From the NCBI GenBank assembly GCA_023205875.1, contig CP060759.1, positions 496,001 through 560,000 of the forward strand: a DNA stretch of 64,000 nt, in the 5' to 3' direction. Numbering within the stretch: position 1 is the first letter of the stretch; each line of letters begins with the position of its first letter. Below are positions 62,049-64,000 of the stretch, piece after piece. The stretch comes from Chloropicon primus (taxonomy: Eukaryota). The notes beneath the pieces are model-generated. The model did not search any database and was not told the DNA's origin. It saw nothing but the letters and a program-made list of their open reading frames with translations. Position numbers and translations under genes: made by a program.

Positions 62049-64000
62049 ATGGGTATGCAAAACTACACGGTGCAGAAAAAGATAGGCACCGGGTCCTACG
62101 GGAGTGCGTACTTGGTGACCAAGAACGAGAACAAGGGCCGGAACGACACGAAGCTCGTGCTGAAGCGGATCAACATCAAGGATGCCACCAAGGAGGAAAA
62201 GCAGGCCGCTCACTTCGAGGCGAAGATACTGAAGGAGTTCACGCACCCCTACGTTCTGAGCTGCAAAGACTCTTTTCAGCACGGGCCGTATATGTGTATC
62301 ATAACTGACTACTGCGAGGCGGGCGACTTGTACGAGAGGCTGAAGAAGCAGTCTCAGAAGGGGCAGTACCTGGATGAGAAGCACATCCTGCGCTGGCTCG
62401 TGCAGATCAGCACGGCGCTTCAGTACGTGCACGAGAAGAACCTCCTGCACAGAGATCTCAAGACGCAGAACATATTTTTGACGGGCAAGGGGGACATCAT
62501 GCTTGGTGACTTCGGGATAGCCAGGGTCCTCAAGTCGAAGAAAGACATGGCGAGGACGGTCATCGGGACTCCGTATTACATGAGTCCCGAGATTGTTGGG
62601 AACAAGCCCTACAGCTACAAGTCGGACTTGTGGTCTCTCGGTTGCATACTGTTTGAGATGATGTCCCTGAAGCACGCTTTCGACGCGAACGACATGAACG
62701 GCCTCATCATGAAGATCATGAGGGGGAAGATCCCCCCGCTGCCAAACAAGTACTCGAACGAACTCAAGCAGCTCACCACGGCCCTGCTTTGCAAGATACC
62801 AAGCAGAAGGCCGTCCCTCGAGTCGATACTGAAGATGAAGTTTTTGCAGAGTACTGTGAAGGGAGTGCAGGCTGCTATTGTACAATATAGTGAGAAACAC
62901 GTGAGCAACGTCAACGGCTACGCAAACGGGCTCTTGAATAATGGGCACCAAGTGAGGGTCGATAAGAGTATACCAGACATGAGGAAGCAGCTTCAGATTC
63001 AGATGCAGAAGCAGAATGTGGATCCAAGACCAAAGTCAAGGGAGAAGCAGATGATTGATCCACGAAAGATCAGGGCGAAGCCCCAAGCGGCCAACGTTCC
63101 GAAGCAAAGGATCCAGCCAAAGCAAATCCAGCGCCAGGAGCCATCGCTTGATATTGCAGTTGATATCGCAGAGCAGAGGTTGAAAAACATACACAAGGAG
63201 TTCAGAGCAGTTAGGGTGCAGGCCAAGAAGCTTGAGGAGGCAGTAAATCTTTCTGAGGACGAGGTTCGCGTGCAGAAGCTGAGGCAGAAGGACGTGAATA
63301 GGCACCACCAGTACGCCAATCCATCGAACCAAAATAAAGCTCAAGGCAGGGCCAAGACGCCCGAGAGAAGGCGAAGGTCTGGCGGCCCAGAGTTCAACCA
63401 CCACAGGGAGGAGCCGAGGCGCAGGTCGGCGGGCTCGGACATGAACCAACACCACAGGGAGGAGCCGAGGCGCAGGTCGGCGGGCTCGGACATGAACCAA
63501 CACCACAGGGAGGAGCCGAGGCGCAGGTCGGCGGGCTCGGACATGAACCAACACCACAGGGAGGAGCCGAGGCGCAGATCGGCGGGCTCGGACATGAACC
63601 CAAAGGAGAGAGCCAAGGATGCCAGGATGCAGAGGAAGCTGGAAGAGAACAGGAAGTACGAACAGCAGCTCGAGGAGGCGAGGAAGTCCTATTTCAAGGA
63701 GAAAAAAGCTGCAATGCAGAAGAAGCAGGACCTGTACAAGGAATCCACTCCACCTCGACCTCGCTCTGCCCAGGCTCGGTATGAGGATGACGTCAATGAA
63801 GTGCGAAATCTGATGGATTACGGGGATTATGGGGAAGCGCCACTTCAGCCGATCCAGGAGCAGTGGGATGATGCCCTTGAAGCAAAAAGGAGGTATGAAG
63901 AGCAGCTTGAGGAAGCTAGGAGATCGTACTACCAGGAGAAGAAGGCCGCGCTGGAGAAGAAGCAGGACATGTACAGAGAATCCTCTCCACCGTCCTCCTC
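62049..64000 (+). CDS. NIMA-related Ser/Thr kinase (NEK1/NEK4-like), truncated by the window end and absent from the ORF track
   Basis: Manual translation gives IGTGSYGSAYLV, VLKRI, YCEAGDL, HRDLKTQNIFL, DFGIARVL and IGTPYYMSPE. The same frame is coding-like where checked near 63400-64000. Confidence 0.92.
   Translation, partial: MGMQNYTVQKKIGTGSYGSAYLVTKNENKGRNDTKLVLKRINIKDATKEEKQAAHFEAKILKEFTHPYVLSCKDSFQHGPYMCIITDYCEAGDLYERLKKQSQKGQYLDEKHILRWLVQISTALQYVHEKNLLHRDLKTQNIFLTGKGDIMLGDFGIARVLKSKKDMARTVIGTPYYMSPEIVGNKPYSYKSDLWSLGCILFEMMSLKHAFDANDMNGLIMKIMRGKIPPLPNKYSNELKQLTTALLCKIPSRRPSLESILKMKFLQSTVKGVQAAIVQYSEKHVSNVNGYANGLLNNGHQVRVDKSIPDMRKQLQIQMQKQNVDPRPKSREKQMIDPRKIRAKPQAANVPKQRIQPKQIQRQEPSLDIAVDIAEQRLKNIHKEFRAVRVQAKKLEEAVNLSEDEVRVQKLRQKDVNRHHQYANPSNQNKAQGRAKTPERRRRSGGPEFNHHREEPRRRSAGSDMNQHHREEPRRRSAGSDMNQHHREEPRRRSAGSDMNQHHREEPRRRSAGSDMNPKERAKDARMQRKLEENRKYEQQLEEARKSYFKEKKAAMQKKQDLYKESTPPRPRSAQARYEDDVNEVRNLMDYGDYGEAPLQPIQEQWDDALEAKRRYEEQLEEARRSYYQEKKAALEKKQDMYRESSPPSS
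63399..63600 (+). repeat. 51-bp coding tandem repeat x4 encoding HHREEPRRRSAGSDMNQ in the NEK tail
   Basis: Read directly; units start at 63399, 63450, 63501 and 63552. Confidence 0.95.

Noticed and set aside
63399..63600. CRISPR-like array (also considered for 25758-25871)
   Set aside because: Head-to-tail in-frame coding repeats with no unique spacers, in a eukaryote with no cas genes in view.

Overview
Eukaryotic nuclear DNA from a compact, GC-rich green alga. Evidence: plastid-targeted genes, TGTAA poly(A) signals, short GT-AG introns with an RCTGAC branch point, and many microsatellites. The style fits a Chloropicon-like picoplanktonic chlorophyte, which is inference only. The window holds about 37 protein genes and one U6 snRNA. 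Recognisable products: UBE2T, plastid adenylate kinase, a ChAPs/exomer-type adaptor, DUF1664, importin-13/transportin-3, plastid RPS1, HISN7, two inverted cytochrome b5 reductases, a BNR sialidase-like protein, CFAP141- and CFAP299-like proteins, TFIIE-alpha, an E(z) methyltransferase, three tandem M14 carboxypeptidases, UTP23, an FHA protein, a lysophospholipid acyltransferase, a BFR1-like protein, a single-domain voltage-gated cation channel, RanGAP, a longin R-SNARE, an ML-domain protein, a cysteine synthase-like protein, kinesin-14 and a NEK kinase running off the right end. Most interesting signals: a U6 gene with a tRNA-type B box right behind its terminator; a fungal-exomer-type ChAP; a bacterial-Nav/EukCat-like 6-TM channel plus ciliary genes; an inverted reductase duplication with different targeting leaders; a mosaic carboxypeptidase triplication with a hidden frameshift; very tight same-strand gene pairs that may be polycistronic; and stop codons embedded in the poly(A) signal. 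No CRISPR array, rRNA, complete tRNA or autonomous transposon was recognised. All family calls come from motif recognition by eye, not database searches.
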